Source of the DNA: Candidatus Woesearchaeota archaeon
GTDB lineage: Archaea > Nanobdellota > Nanobdellia > Woesearchaeales > JAGVYU01
Assembly: GCA_043805595.1 (NCBI GenBank)
Contig: JAZDHV010000003.1
Span: 1 to 60,841, forward strand
Direction of reading: 5' to 3'
Length of the DNA: 60,841 nucleotides
The notes beneath the pieces are model-generated. The model searched no databases. It saw nothing but the letters and a program-made list of their open reading frames with translations, and was not told where the DNA came from. Shown here in pieces: positions 30,801 through 39,006 of this stretch (position 1 is its first letter; every line of letters begins with the position of its first letter). The position numbers were made by a program, and so were the translations under genes.

Positions 30801-30843
30801 TGATCCAGCGTCTGAGTATAAATGCTATTCTGGTTCAGCATAA
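24814..30843 (+). CDS. Cassette protein B3: ~2000-aa secreted protein with Thr linker, Ig-like and FN3 domains, Cys-rich B domain and C-terminal CDC(N/D)xDG repeats
   Basis: FN3 pattern DNTPPKTPAGL...LSWDQNNESDFLQYIIYRS...YQVSAMD; DPFKQHTAAFQCACITGIYNRL...CL...VCKEVFTQYVCG motif. Confidence 0.85.
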   Translation: MIKNKLSVIIATLLLLTLPFSYADSVSEQSLTTSIKESNEFVLGLFGKVTPISDSLILYPLTTSSRSEFIPLLAATTTTTSSTTSTSTTTTSTTSTTTTTSTTIPSAAAPTFSVDIPERIDKTSINIIVTSDPLTIIEVNVNSRADYRRSNADDNGTARFNNLQLRSGQNNIDVSSISATGENNAQSFPIFVDLDLPVLTISEMPGLVGARQYALRGSVNKLVDIEVYEISGDLDNTPPKTPAGLKVNATSGNSVALSWDQNNESDFLQYIIYRSDKGPIATTSPESYDSYDDVLVDKSTRYQYQVSAMDESCLESPKSRIAAVTTPNNGEDGRAVLLEPITVDCNENQNLRRVDSFTTNGSFNITLNLEEGRNLFLFRATDLSNNTVEVRRATLVDSEPPTIEITSPRPGIMIYEHFANSVDIQGMTEPYSKVELALQGQRVASTPSARNPEEALLPELQVTIGTVKESTNADKDGYFEFENVNLMTYIRGSLNANVVRPGDEGLAGRTRDLGAYDEVNLAFRATDRAGKQAVEEVSYTIGTCWSGNFTWGIAQLSQYNSPSWLSAERLSEGTEEIAFYFKFSYHGEGDIDVNNSRDTRSSTRVNTVSIHDACDDYIRTKPDYDWACKALSSCRAEMNPDGSMAYVTCRLNKVDELMDFDAEEWKDWFKAINNEMRFPLMITLGFQERFQGKMRSGSQASCEEVTYAVDNAMINFTDVLPDWLLYDGVRIMQDAIKTIETINKNLNQILEYVTIGCVASFITKFGIQVYRRYSCTYDNLFGNIVDSIAPDPESSGKQENCKACLQQFKAEGYFKDDEIISKITNPIAKLMDPGIQDKIPDACMPVCFEKCSNAWDLEANNYDVYRWACDRVFCHAAPSRWTQEKQDYELVEKAKELNYCQNDLTYRGQPLTAVECSKISTSEEFKRTLTEDTCFEIQDKTGKKTEIYELKEPAGNDVYRIFIPEASGRILKSDYAIKVSDRYYMTAMPETCNEICGITGAEDDELYNDYLAETTNKNSTARCVTVNQCNQYRQEGNLTLRGGTQLQVKSAMNQGFTSDCFYKAGHSSLSNIDVVSKDPNRRKECCCINTAERAQLNYYNYTQPYIQKDNKKSLLSLATAEAEEAVGSPEGDFINPRPSNYSDMLWSYRYWKIGFDNKEYNPDRYIKGRDQSACFGQNNWIFDGFSKAEGGNLLTVDPFKQHTAAFQCACITGIYNRLKMIQNILVLLSSCLIEVRETGKGDAGVCKEVFTQYVCGMLWDIISYIKDGCVPFLGNIDYDKQENEILEKVKVGTTSIFESMDDSTNEISQEYGNAQINSLLGGGQGQIARAICLASFGFDWELSLETMLDAAYSTPFATLVQPITKNREYLSFDPRTGMPKYEYTASWIINPGCEFDYYDVSLVCVSDDEIRANPDINCGKVGGSEMGLSGCDCARVTGKDGPEMQFFRGRTLSNNVLVDQEYDRIVKQKYRFDHLKFTLAPSRKQQQYSPDTVANCFPEGHEDGVFYFPLRDRSANDLIDCNVDIDSGIFYCEGGGLMSEWDRNGNAYFINVELNGQDIDHPDLYINEGQALSLQAEIFNSGRPKCLKVEVSPFGSPAVVQSRDIDFNGSQIVPVRLVPSEDVSNRYRQYDDVRFDGCYTTGGSNSRTECYNIIGKPRIDQSNGNLGKFKTIPDGFSVVYYLTFIDEDSSGSIELTQNSKDKVYIRTTDNSNDNRYIDVDKSTVMIANLFEDGKVKISNHPEAVFEITNEVPFNKGIANITYIATTGRTDYNTNTERWSLTYGLYYLEDDGDNCADIIETDPVVNYNERLEYSVNFYVKPLDEETARTGNKKCTLNAKSSGICDCDGDGSNQDDAPIDCTGEPENYGARNVRGEWSYCYKDGGASTPTCHLFPKCPNGRTTTLPCDCNQDGEIVFNNDNDRNTELTNDVDCYDKFNYCYDSSGTRQCIPFNTCSRKPEGEPADMIPCDCNRDGVIEFTGDNDCFGSLRYCRSSDSSDPASEYKCYSGSA

Positions 30844-30847
30844 AATT

Positions 30848-31005
30848 TGTCAAAGTCGGCAGGGACCACCAGTCAATAGAATGGTAGCATGTTCGCTTCC
30901 CTCACCCTGCCGAATTTGAGCATGCTCAGAAATATGCCACCTTCCAAAAATTGATTGTGGATTATTTTCCACTGGTCATGCAGACCAGTGGTATATTTAT
31001 GACAT
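30848..31005 (-). repeat. Palindromic repeat family R4 (MITE-like), inverted relative to the copies at 46985 and 47791
   Basis: Reverse complement of 47791-47948 with few mismatches. Confidence 0.9.
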
Positions 31006-31083
31006 ATTAACATTTATGCAAATTAGTTAAATATAAAATAATGGGTGGAATTGGTTGAGTGGAATTGATGGAGTGGAGTAATA

Positions 31084-31920
31084 ATGAAAAACAACATAAT
31101 CTTTTCTTCAATTAGATCATCAGCAGGGTTATTGTTAAAGAATAAGTCAATGTTTGCATTGCTTTTCATCATCCAGTTTCTTTTTATCACATTTTTCATT
31201 GCAACCCAGACAATAATCCAGCCGAAGATTATCTCTTTGGGCATTGATATGATTGATTACATGGAGAATCTTGAGAATGAGCCTGTTGATCTTGGCAAGG
31301 ATTTCCAGGGCATCTTCGGAAAGGATCCTCTTTTGTTGTACAGGAACTCAAAAGAGATTGGCATATTATTGTTGCAGAATATCCTGATAACCTTGGCCTT
31401 GTTCCTCATCCTTGTCAATTCTGCATGGGTGCTTTCTTTGAAAATCATCAAGAGTGTCTCATGGAAAAAGTCTTTGAAGAACTTTTTTAATTTCATTAAA
31501 GTGTCATTCATCTTTTTATTGCCTTATTCCATCATTGTCTACTTTTATGTCAAGGATTCTATCCTAAAGTCTGTAGAAAAGGATCTTAATCTGCAATTGA
31601 CTACTCTATTCATCCTGATCTTGACTTTTCTTGTCTGGTATTTTATTATGATATCTTATTCCCTGGTTCATCTGCCACTTAAAGAAATGTTAAGGAAGAC
31701 ATTCTTGATTGGGATAAGGAAGGCTCACATAATCCTATTGACATATTTTATCTCTTTGGCTGCTATTATATTAGTCTTTTTTGTAATGTTCCTGACTTTA
31801 GAGATAAACTTCTTTTTGTTCATGGTTCTTGCAATTGTTTTTATCAAGGTCTATAACCTTTCTAGAATATTTATCATTGATGTTGTCAACAGTCTAGAGC
31901 AATCACTTAATAAATCTTAA
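31084..31920 (+). CDS. Cassette protein D3: polytopic membrane protein
   Basis: Same TM layout as D1/D2 (soluble loop after TM1, Trp after TM2, terminal SRIF); more diverged. Confidence 0.7.
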   Translation: MKNNIIFSSIRSSAGLLLKNKSMFALLFIIQFLFITFFIATQTIIQPKIISLGIDMIDYMENLENEPVDLGKDFQGIFGKDPLLLYRNSKEIGILLLQNILITLALFLILVNSAWVLSLKIIKSVSWKKSLKNFFNFIKVSFIFLLPYSIIVYFYVKDSILKSVEKDLNLQLTTLFILILTFLVWYFIMISYSLVHLPLKEMLRKTFLIGIRKAHIILLTYFISLAAIILVFFVMFLTLEINFFLFMVLAIVFIKVYNLSRIFIIDVVNSLEQSLNKS

Positions 31921-31997
31921 GGATTCATTTCAATAAAACTTAATGATCCAATTCAAAATCTTTAGAAATGAGTCTAATCAATTCTTAACATATAGTT

Positions 31998-33032
31998 TTA
32001 TGCAGCTTCATCCATCTCTGACTCTGATTGTTCGACTGCATCATCAATTGTTCCACTTCTGTCATAATCTCTTTTAAAACTGATCATATTTGGAGGATTC
32101 TCATCATTTTCATTGGAGCCATCATATTTTTCTTCATAATCCTCTCCTTCATGAAGGTCATATGGTTCTCCTTGTGCTTGATATTCTTTTTTCAGTTCTG
32201 CCTGTGCTATTTCATCCAGGTCTTCTGGATCAAGTTTTCCTTCATAAGCTCTTTTCTCTGCTACATCTGCCAGCTTATTATAGATATATCTGCCCATTTT
32301 TGTCTTGGATTTTCCTGCCAGTTCCCTGAAATATTCTGCTACATTGATATCTGCCCGGTATTCCTCTCTCTGAACATCTTCAGGAGAGGCATATTCTAGA
32401 TTTTCTGAACCTCTGATATATCTGTGCACAGTTTCGTGGGACATTGCTAATATTCCTAATGCTGTCTTCAGTATCTTGTCAAAATAATCTTTTGAAGCAT
32501 AAAACACACTTTGTGAACCATCTCGGTCTACTGCGGCAATTGCTCCTGAATGGCTCATGTCTTTATATCCATGTCCGACAAGATCTAATTCCCTGTATCC
32601 TCTTCTTTCCAGAAATCTTTTCAATCCTCTTCCAATTTTGCTGTTCAGGAATCTTTGGTACATTGACTCGACTGCTTCTGCACTCTTTATATTGGATTCA
32701 ACTTCATCTTGAGGGCCTTGCACACTAACAGTTCCGTCTTCATAGATTATTGCTCCGTCTGAAGCAATTGTCTCCAGGCTTCTTGGTGCGTATCTGAGCA
32801 ATGCACTCTGGATATTTCTGGTTGCATTATATGTGCTTTTCTTGGCTCTTTCATATTGTCCAGCAATCATGTCTGTCATCCTTTTCATCCCATGCATGTT
32901 TGCTATGACCCCTGCAGGATTGCTTGGATACCTTAAAACACCAGCTCCATTATTATGGATAAAAGCCTGATAATTAGGAGAGCTTAAATGTTTTCTAATG
33001 CTTGTCCCAATATCTTTTGATTCATATGCCAT
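31998..33032 (-). CDS. Hypothetical protein with zincin-like HExxH motif and acidic tail
   Basis: MSHETVHRY followed by EEYRAD. Confidence 0.65.
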   Translation of the reverse strand: MAYESKDIGTSIRKHLSSPNYQAFIHNNGAGVLRYPSNPAGVIANMHGMKRMTDMIAGQYERAKKSTYNATRNIQSALLRYAPRSLETIASDGAIIYEDGTVSVQGPQDEVESNIKSAEAVESMYQRFLNSKIGRGLKRFLERRGYRELDLVGHGYKDMSHSGAIAAVDRDGSQSVFYASKDYFDKILKTALGILAMSHETVHRYIRGSENLEYASPEDVQREEYRADINVAEYFRELAGKSKTKMGRYIYNKLADVAEKRAYEGKLDPEDLDEIAQAELKKEYQAQGEPYDLHEGEDYEEKYDGSNENDENPPNMISFKRDYDRSGTIDDAVEQSESEMDEAA

Positions 33033-33205
33033 GCTGGCTGAGAATCATATTTCCTTTAAAAATCTTATCGTTCATCGTCGGAAATATTCTGGAAATAAAG
33101 ATATTTGACTTAAATTTGGATAATAAAAATATTTTTAATGCAGAAAATTGGAATTTTTGTTTGTTACTTGTAAGAATTATTAAATATCATAAACCCCGGA
33201 ATTAA

Positions 33206-33850
33206 TCAAGCAGCTTCTTTTTTCTTTTTCTTGTAATAATCCTCTTTTGCATAAGGTTCATGTCTTACAGCTTTTGGCGAAACTGTTCCAACCTGTTTAT
33301 ATGTTTCCAGAAGATTTTTAGCCTCATCCAGTGTTATTCTTCCCTTGTCAACAAATTCACCGCTTCTAGTGTATTTGACTATGTCATCAATATGATCCTT
33401 CTTAAAATGGCTCAATGATATGCCTCTTAATCTGCCCCTGACCTCATCCTGCATTTTTTTCATGCTATCTTTATATTTATCAAATGTCAAGTCACTGCCA
33501 GTTGCTGCCAATATTTGCTTTAATTCATCATATGTATGCTGTCCATATGCTTTTAATAAAAGTGATTTTTTGAACTCATCATCATCTGGGATCTCGCTCT
33601 TGAATTGCTGTTTTGCTTTAGAAACATAGAAGTCAGTCATGCTTTTGGCGAATTTGTCCTGAATAGGCTCTTCATCGAGCCTTTCTATGTCAATTCCTCC
33701 GTCATCTGTTTTCAGATGCATTTCTGCAGCATGATCATATGCCATCCTGCCGTGGCGCTCGATTGCATTTGCTAATGCCTCTGCTTTTCTTCTTTTTTTA
33801 TGGTATTCTTTTATGTGATCAGGGACTTTGTCAGCCATATGGTACACCAA
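33206..33850 (-). CDS. Hypothetical helical protein, paralog of 35045-35689
   Basis: RMAYDHAA/IDIERL/DFY/DLTFDKY/HIDDIVK align with the 35045 ORF. Confidence 0.75.
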   Translation of the reverse strand: MVYHMADKVPDHIKEYHKKRRKAEALANAIERHGRMAYDHAAEMHLKTDDGGIDIERLDEEPIQDKFAKSMTDFYVSKAKQQFKSEIPDDDEFKKSLLLKAYGQHTYDELKQILAATGSDLTFDKYKDSMKKMQDEVRGRLRGISLSHFKKDHIDDIVKYTRSGEFVDKGRITLDEAKNLLETYKQVGTVSPKAVRHEPYAKEDYYKKKKKEAA

Positions 33851-33977
33851 TTTTTCTTGAAATAATTATAAATATTTTAATACCTTATACTATCTGCTAC
33901 TTTACCCTATTCTAAATTTTTTCATATTATAAACTTTTCGCTTTTATAAAGAATGAATCAAAGAAAGTATTAATTTA

Positions 33978-34982
33978 TTATCTTGCAATGAACAATCCGC
34001 CTTCAGTTCTTTCAAATCCTGCTGGATTAGTTAAACCATCAGGTTCAGGTACAGGCTCTTTTTTGGGAAGTTCTCCTCTGTCTTGAGCTGCTCTCCTCTC
34101 ATGAGCTCCTTGCACATGATGGGTTGCTCTCGTAGCATCCATAAGCGCCTGAGTCTGCTGAACCATTCCAGTAGCCTGTGCTAAATCATTCATTGTTGCA
34201 AGTTCAATTCCTGATCCTTTATATAATCCATTTTTCTTAAGGAAATCAAGTGAAACATCTCCAGTAATCAAGAACTCTCTAATCATTGGTATAAGTGAAT
34301 CAGGTGAGATATCATCTGATTGTACAAGATTTTTCAATCCCACTCTTTTTAATACAGGTGCAATATGCCTTCTTGTGATATCTGGTCTATCTAGGCCTTT
34401 TTCAAGCCCAGAATAATGGACATGGTTGAGTTGAAGGGCATATTTCATCAACTCAGAATAAATTGTATTATGTTCATTCTCAGGATTAGAGATATAATCT
34501 GTTAAACTCTTTGGAGTGTAGCCAAAATGAAATTCTATACGAGGATGGACAACCCTTAGCAATAATTGTGGATTTTTTGTTTGGCCTCTTTCCATGCATG
34601 CTTTCTCATATCCATCAATAGGGTCTAATGTATCTGTCCTGTCCCCTTCTGTGAAAACATATTCAGTACGTGTCTCGTCCCCTCTTGTAACAAATCTTTT
34701 TGTCTTCTTATGGTCTCTTTCAGACCTTCCAGAAAAAATATGCTCACTTAAATGAATATCAAGAAATTCACCAAACTTATCAACTCTTCCAGGATATTTT
34801 CGCTCTCTAAATCCTTCAAGCCTAAGTTGTAATGGAACTCTGTCTTCTGGTATTCCTATCCTTAATACAGATTCCAAACCTCTTGTAATGATATGTCCTC
34901 CTACTAAGATTGCATCTTGCTGCCTTTCATCATGGCGGATTAATGCTTGGACATATAGTAACAGTTGGTCATACATTGACAT
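33978..34982 (-). CDS. Hypothetical protein
   Basis: Long ORF with GAGG RBS; weak C-terminal similarity to its neighbours. Confidence 0.7.
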   Translation of the reverse strand: MSMYDQLLLYVQALIRHDERQQDAILVGGHIITRGLESVLRIGIPEDRVPLQLRLEGFRERKYPGRVDKFGEFLDIHLSEHIFSGRSERDHKKTKRFVTRGDETRTEYVFTEGDRTDTLDPIDGYEKACMERGQTKNPQLLLRVVHPRIEFHFGYTPKSLTDYISNPENEHNTIYSELMKYALQLNHVHYSGLEKGLDRPDITRRHIAPVLKRVGLKNLVQSDDISPDSLIPMIREFLITGDVSLDFLKKNGLYKGSGIELATMNDLAQATGMVQQTQALMDATRATHHVQGAHERRAAQDRGELPKKEPVPEPDGLTNPAGFERTEGGLFIAR

Positions 34983-35044
34983 TTTTTTCCCTCATTTTTG
35001 TTTTTCAACTATAAGTCTTAAATTAATTAGAAAAAAGAAAAAAA

Positions 35045-35689
35045 TTAGTTTTTCTTGGCATATGTTTCCCTAAGCCATCTTATATATTCTGGTGCAGGAA
35101 TCTTGTTTGAAGCACCATTCCTAGCTATTGCCTGGACATCCCTAGCATTTCTAACAAGAGTGTAGTCAATTTCAAACTCACCTGGAACAAATCTCTTGAT
35201 AACATCATCAAGATGTTCCATTTTTAATGAACTGAAAGCAGCATTTTCTCCTGCATTTGTTTTCGCATCTAAACCTTCTTTTATACTTGCCATATATCCA
35301 TCATATGTGAAATCTCCCTGAGCAGTTGAAACATATTTTCCAAAATCAGTTAATTGTATTCCGAAAAATCCCTCTGCCATTCTGTGTGCCAGCATAAATT
35401 CATATGAATTTGGGTCAAAATTGGTTGTAGAATAGCTTGTTCTTGCAACCTCATTCAAACCCTCAATAGCATTTGTATAAAAATTATGAGTTAATTTTGT
35501 TTGTAATCTTTCATTTTTCTTTAATCTTTTATAATCAAGTCCATGAGTTTCTGGATTTTCAAGAAGTCCTAAAGCAGCATCAGCTGCCATTCTTAATTTC
35601 CGTCTTGATGCCTCATCAAGACTATGTGCATTTTCTTTTGCATCATCTAAAAATTGCAATGGATTATCGTCTGGCATTTTCTTTTCCAC
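35045..35689 (-). CDS. Hypothetical helical protein, paralog of 33206-33850
   Basis: RMAADAAL/LDYKRL/NFY/DFTYDGY/HLDDVIK. Confidence 0.75.
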   Translation of the reverse strand: MEKKMPDDNPLQFLDDAKENAHSLDEASRRKLRMAADAALGLLENPETHGLDYKRLKKNERLQTKLTHNFYTNAIEGLNEVARTSYSTTNFDPNSYEFMLAHRMAEGFFGIQLTDFGKYVSTAQGDFTYDGYMASIKEGLDAKTNAGENAAFSSLKMEHLDDVIKRFVPGEFEIDYTLVRNARDVQAIARNGASNKIPAPEYIRWLRETYAKKN

Positions 35690-35961
35690 CTCTATGGTTT
35701 TGTTATTGCTGTTCTTTATTTAATTGTTTTCTTTAATATCATGAATTTAATCATAATTTTACTACTAGTAGATGACAACTAATATTTAAATCTTTCTATA
35801 ATCTATTTGTTTTCTATATAGAAAATAATCCAATCTATATATCAATCTTTTATATATGATTTATAGCTATGTTTAATCAAAACCTTTTTATAGTAATAGT
35901 CAAATACATTGATTGTTGTATATATCAGAAAATATATTTTTCATATTGGGGTGCGTTTATC

Positions 35962-37896
35962 ATGTCAAAAAAATCCAAGAAAAAAGATAATAGTTCTAAA
36001 AAGAATAATGAAATTAAGCCTCTTCCACAGATGGCTTCCACTCTGCAGGTTTCAGCTGGCGCAACTATGATGCCGCCTGTTGCAAAATTGCCGCCGCAGA
36101 TGGCTCCTCCTCAGCTTGATCCGAATAATCTTCCTGAAGACATGCAGAAAAAGCTGAAGAAAGTTAAGGAACAGCTTGACAAATTGTCAAAAAAAGTTGT
36201 TGAGAAATTTGATAAATACATTCTTGGTGTATCATTATTGCCTCCTCCAAAGCCAAAGCCTGGAGAGAAGTTTGACAAGGACCTGTTGGATGTCCTTGTC
36301 TTGGTTGATGATACTGACTCAAAAAAGATGTCAAAATATGACCTGAAAAATAAGCTTATAACAATAATCGATAATATTGCAAAAGACATTGACAAGAATA
36401 TTCTTCCCCAGATAATCCTGCTATCCGAATTATGGCAGAATCTTTATGATGCAAAATATGAGCTTGTCCAGATCATTGCAATGGGTGCAACAATATATGA
36501 CCAAGGCATGCTTCAGGCAATCAAGATTTCTGAAATCCATAAGTCAATGGTATTGAGAAAGTTCGAGAAGTATATTGTCTCTTATGTACTTGCTGGATCA
36601 TTGGTCCAGGGAAAAGCAACAAAGACCTCTGACATTGATGTCTGGATTGTGATTGATGATACTGATGTCAAGAAGATGACTCGTGCAGAATTAAAAGACA
36701 AGTTAAGGGCAATCATCATTGGCATGGGAATAGAGGCAGGAGAGATCACTGGCGTAAAGAACAAGCTGAATGTCCAATGCTGGATATTGACAGAATATTG
36801 GGATGCTTTGAAAGAGGCAAACCCTGTAATGTTTACATTATTAAGGGATGGAGTTCCTTTCTATGACAGGGGAATATTCATGGCTTGGAAACAATTGTTG
36901 AGAATGGGCAAGATAAAGCCAAGCCCAGAAGCAATTGACTTGTTCATGAGCTCAGGAGAGCAGATGCTCCAGAGGGTTCATGCTACTTTGAAAAACGTCG
37001 GGATGGAAGACACTTTTTATGCTATACTAACTCCGTCTCAGGCAGCTCTCATGCTTTATGGCCTTCCGCCGCCAACTCCTAAAGAGACCCCTCAGCTTAT
37101 GAGAGAGGTCTTTGTCAAGAAAGAGGGATTGATGGAAGAGAAATATATAAAGATTCTTGAGAAGAATATCAGTGTCAGGAAAGATATTGAGCATGGCACA
37201 AAAAAAGGGATTACTGGAAAGGAGGTTGACGAACTCTTGAAGAGTGCAGAGGATTATCTCAAGAGGATCAAGAGACTGTTCACCCAGATTGAGAAGATCA
37301 AGGAAGAGCAGGATGTTGTCCACATATATGACACAGTTATAACAATAATCAGGGATGTCTTGAGGTTGGAAGGAAAGGAAAAGGTCACTGACATCGAGAT
37401 TGTGAACATATTTGAGGATGAGATGATATCCCAGGGAAAGATCCCTGCAAAATATCTTAGGATTTTGAATGAGATTAACAAGGCTAAAAAGGATTATGAT
37501 GACAAGAAGCTTTCAAAGACTGAGGTTGAGCAGGTCAAGAAAAACTCACGTGAGTTTATCAAGTTCCTAGTTGAGTACATGCAGAGAAAGAGGGGAAGAG
37601 AGCTTGAGAGGGCAAAGATCAGGGTCAAGCACGGAAACAGGTATGGTGAGGTCTTGCTTTTAGGGGACGAGGCTTATATTATTCATGACATTGACCATGA
37701 GGAGAAAGAGATTTCAAAGGCAAGGATCAAGCCTGACGGAAGCCTTGGCACAACCCAGAAAAGCAATCTGGAAGAGTTGGAAAAGGCTTTGTCAAAACTT
37801 GAGATTGTCCCAAAAGTGTTTATCAAGCAGCCTATATTTGAGGATCTAAAGAATATCTTTGGAAAAGATGTTGAGGTATTGCTTAACTACCATTGA
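35962..37896 (+). CDS. Protein with two nucleotidyltransferase-like domains and HEPN-like helical domains
   Basis: LAGSLVQGKATKTSDIDVWIVIDDTD plus a degenerate first copy DVLVLVDDTD; GGGGTG RBS before ATG 35962. Confidence 0.8.
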   Translation: MSKKSKKKDNSSKKNNEIKPLPQMASTLQVSAGATMMPPVAKLPPQMAPPQLDPNNLPEDMQKKLKKVKEQLDKLSKKVVEKFDKYILGVSLLPPPKPKPGEKFDKDLLDVLVLVDDTDSKKMSKYDLKNKLITIIDNIAKDIDKNILPQIILLSELWQNLYDAKYELVQIIAMGATIYDQGMLQAIKISEIHKSMVLRKFEKYIVSYVLAGSLVQGKATKTSDIDVWIVIDDTDVKKMTRAELKDKLRAIIIGMGIEAGEITGVKNKLNVQCWILTEYWDALKEANPVMFTLLRDGVPFYDRGIFMAWKQLLRMGKIKPSPEAIDLFMSSGEQMLQRVHATLKNVGMEDTFYAILTPSQAALMLYGLPPPTPKETPQLMREVFVKKEGLMEEKYIKILEKNISVRKDIEHGTKKGITGKEVDELLKSAEDYLKRIKRLFTQIEKIKEEQDVVHIYDTVITIIRDVLRLEGKEKVTDIEIVNIFEDEMISQGKIPAKYLRILNEINKAKKDYDDKKLSKTEVEQVKKNSREFIKFLVEYMQRKRGRELERAKIRVKHGNRYGEVLLLGDEAYIIHDIDHEEKEISKARIKPDGSLGTTQKSNLEELEKALSKLEIVPKVFIKQPIFEDLKNIFGKDVEVLLNYH

Positions 37897-37950
37897 CTTT
37901 ATTTTTTTATCAGAATTTTTTCTTCAGATATAAAACCAGAGGGTGTAAAA

Positions 37951-38424
37951 TTGGAGCAAGAACTAAAACATGCTGTCAGTACTGCAGAAAAAACACCCTG
38001 TTATATCTGTCATGAACCTCCTTTGTCCTGTCATGATGCTTTGGACTTGTTGGTTGGAGATGAGTTCTTTCATAAGGATTATGCTGATGATATTGTTGAT
38101 GGTTTTGAGGAATTAGGTTTATTGGCAAGGAGAAGAGAGACTATATTATGGAATTATGGATTGGTATCCCATCATGTCCTTGTCTCTGCCTGCCGGATTC
38201 ATTCTGGAAATCTTGATGCTTTGTTCAGGATGATTGAAGAGAATGGCATGGTCATCAGTTCACCTATACTTCTTGTATCAGCAAGGTCTTATCCAAAATT
38301 AGAGGCTCCTGGTTTTGAGGTCCTCAGTTTTGATATGAAGGGTGTTATTGCTGATCTAAGGCAGATTGCTCATTATACAGAAGAGAGCATCAGGCCTCTT
38401 CCTGTTATAGCTTACAAAGGATAG
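37951..38424 (+). CDS. Hypothetical protein
   Basis: GAGGGTG RBS before TTG; protein-like composition. Confidence 0.55.
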   Translation: MEQELKHAVSTAEKTPCYICHEPPLSCHDALDLLVGDEFFHKDYADDIVDGFEELGLLARRRETILWNYGLVSHHVLVSACRIHSGNLDALFRMIEENGMVISSPILLVSARSYPKLEAPGFEVLSFDMKGVIADLRQIAHYTEESIRPLPVIAYKG

Positions 38425-38598
38425 CACCTTAACTATGATTATTGATTTAGAAGAATTTAAATATTAGTTCATCTCTCATCATTATCGACGGGATGCATCT
38501 CATGGTGCTTAACGTTGGAGAAAACTTAAAAAGCTTAAGGTTACATCGTGTGATTTGTAATTTCAGCTTATTAATTTCTATATTAAAAATATTATCTG

Positions 38599-38793
38599 GT
38601 GATTCAAATGTTGGTTCAGGCAGACTTAAATGAGATGATTAAAGAGCTTAGAAAAAAAGCTTTTATTCTTGAATATGATATACCTCATATCTACAGCAAG
38701 GAGATGAAGGCAAGAAGGATTGATGAATTGAATCAGCTTAAGAGAGAGATTGAAACTCTTCAAAAAGGTCTGTCCAATGAACAGACTCATTGA
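38599..38793 (+). CDS. Small coiled-coil hypothetical protein
   Basis: GGTGA RBS; likely ATG at 38608. Confidence 0.55.
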   Translation: MIQMLVQADLNEMIKELRKKAFILEYDIPHIYSKEMKARRIDELNQLKREIETLQKGLSNEQTH

Positions 38794-38859
38794 TAGGGTA
38801 GCAGTTTAGACCAAACATATAAATGAATAAAATGAGAATAAGAAATAAAGGTGGTAGTA

Positions 38860-38919
38860 ATGTATGATGAAGATGATGATATGGACATGGATGATGATAT
38901 GGATGATAAGGATTATTAG
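38860..38919 (+). CDS. 19-aa acidic micropeptide MYDEDDDMDMDDDMDDKDY
   Basis: AGGTGG RBS, upstream TATA-like ATATAAA, followed by a T-rich tract. Confidence 0.45.
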   Translation: MYDEDDDMDMDDDMDDKDY

Positions 38920-39006
38920 ATATTACTGAATTTTTTTATTTTTTTTTACTATCAAGACTTTTTTGATAATTTCTATATTTTTTATAAGAATCTTATAAGA
39001 AAATGT

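Noticed and set aside
4279-30843. Calling the cassette a conjugative T4SS (TraN-like B proteins, VirB1-like SLT)
   Set aside because: No VirB4/VirD4 ATPase, relaxase or recognisable Tra motifs in the window; Cys-richness alone is insufficient.
35869-35961. Longest-ORF starts for 35869, 7657, 56248, 58448, 55859-56152 and 24799
   Set aside because: The extensions run through promoter, AT-rich or repeat DNA; downstream ATGs with RBS or gene overlap fit better.
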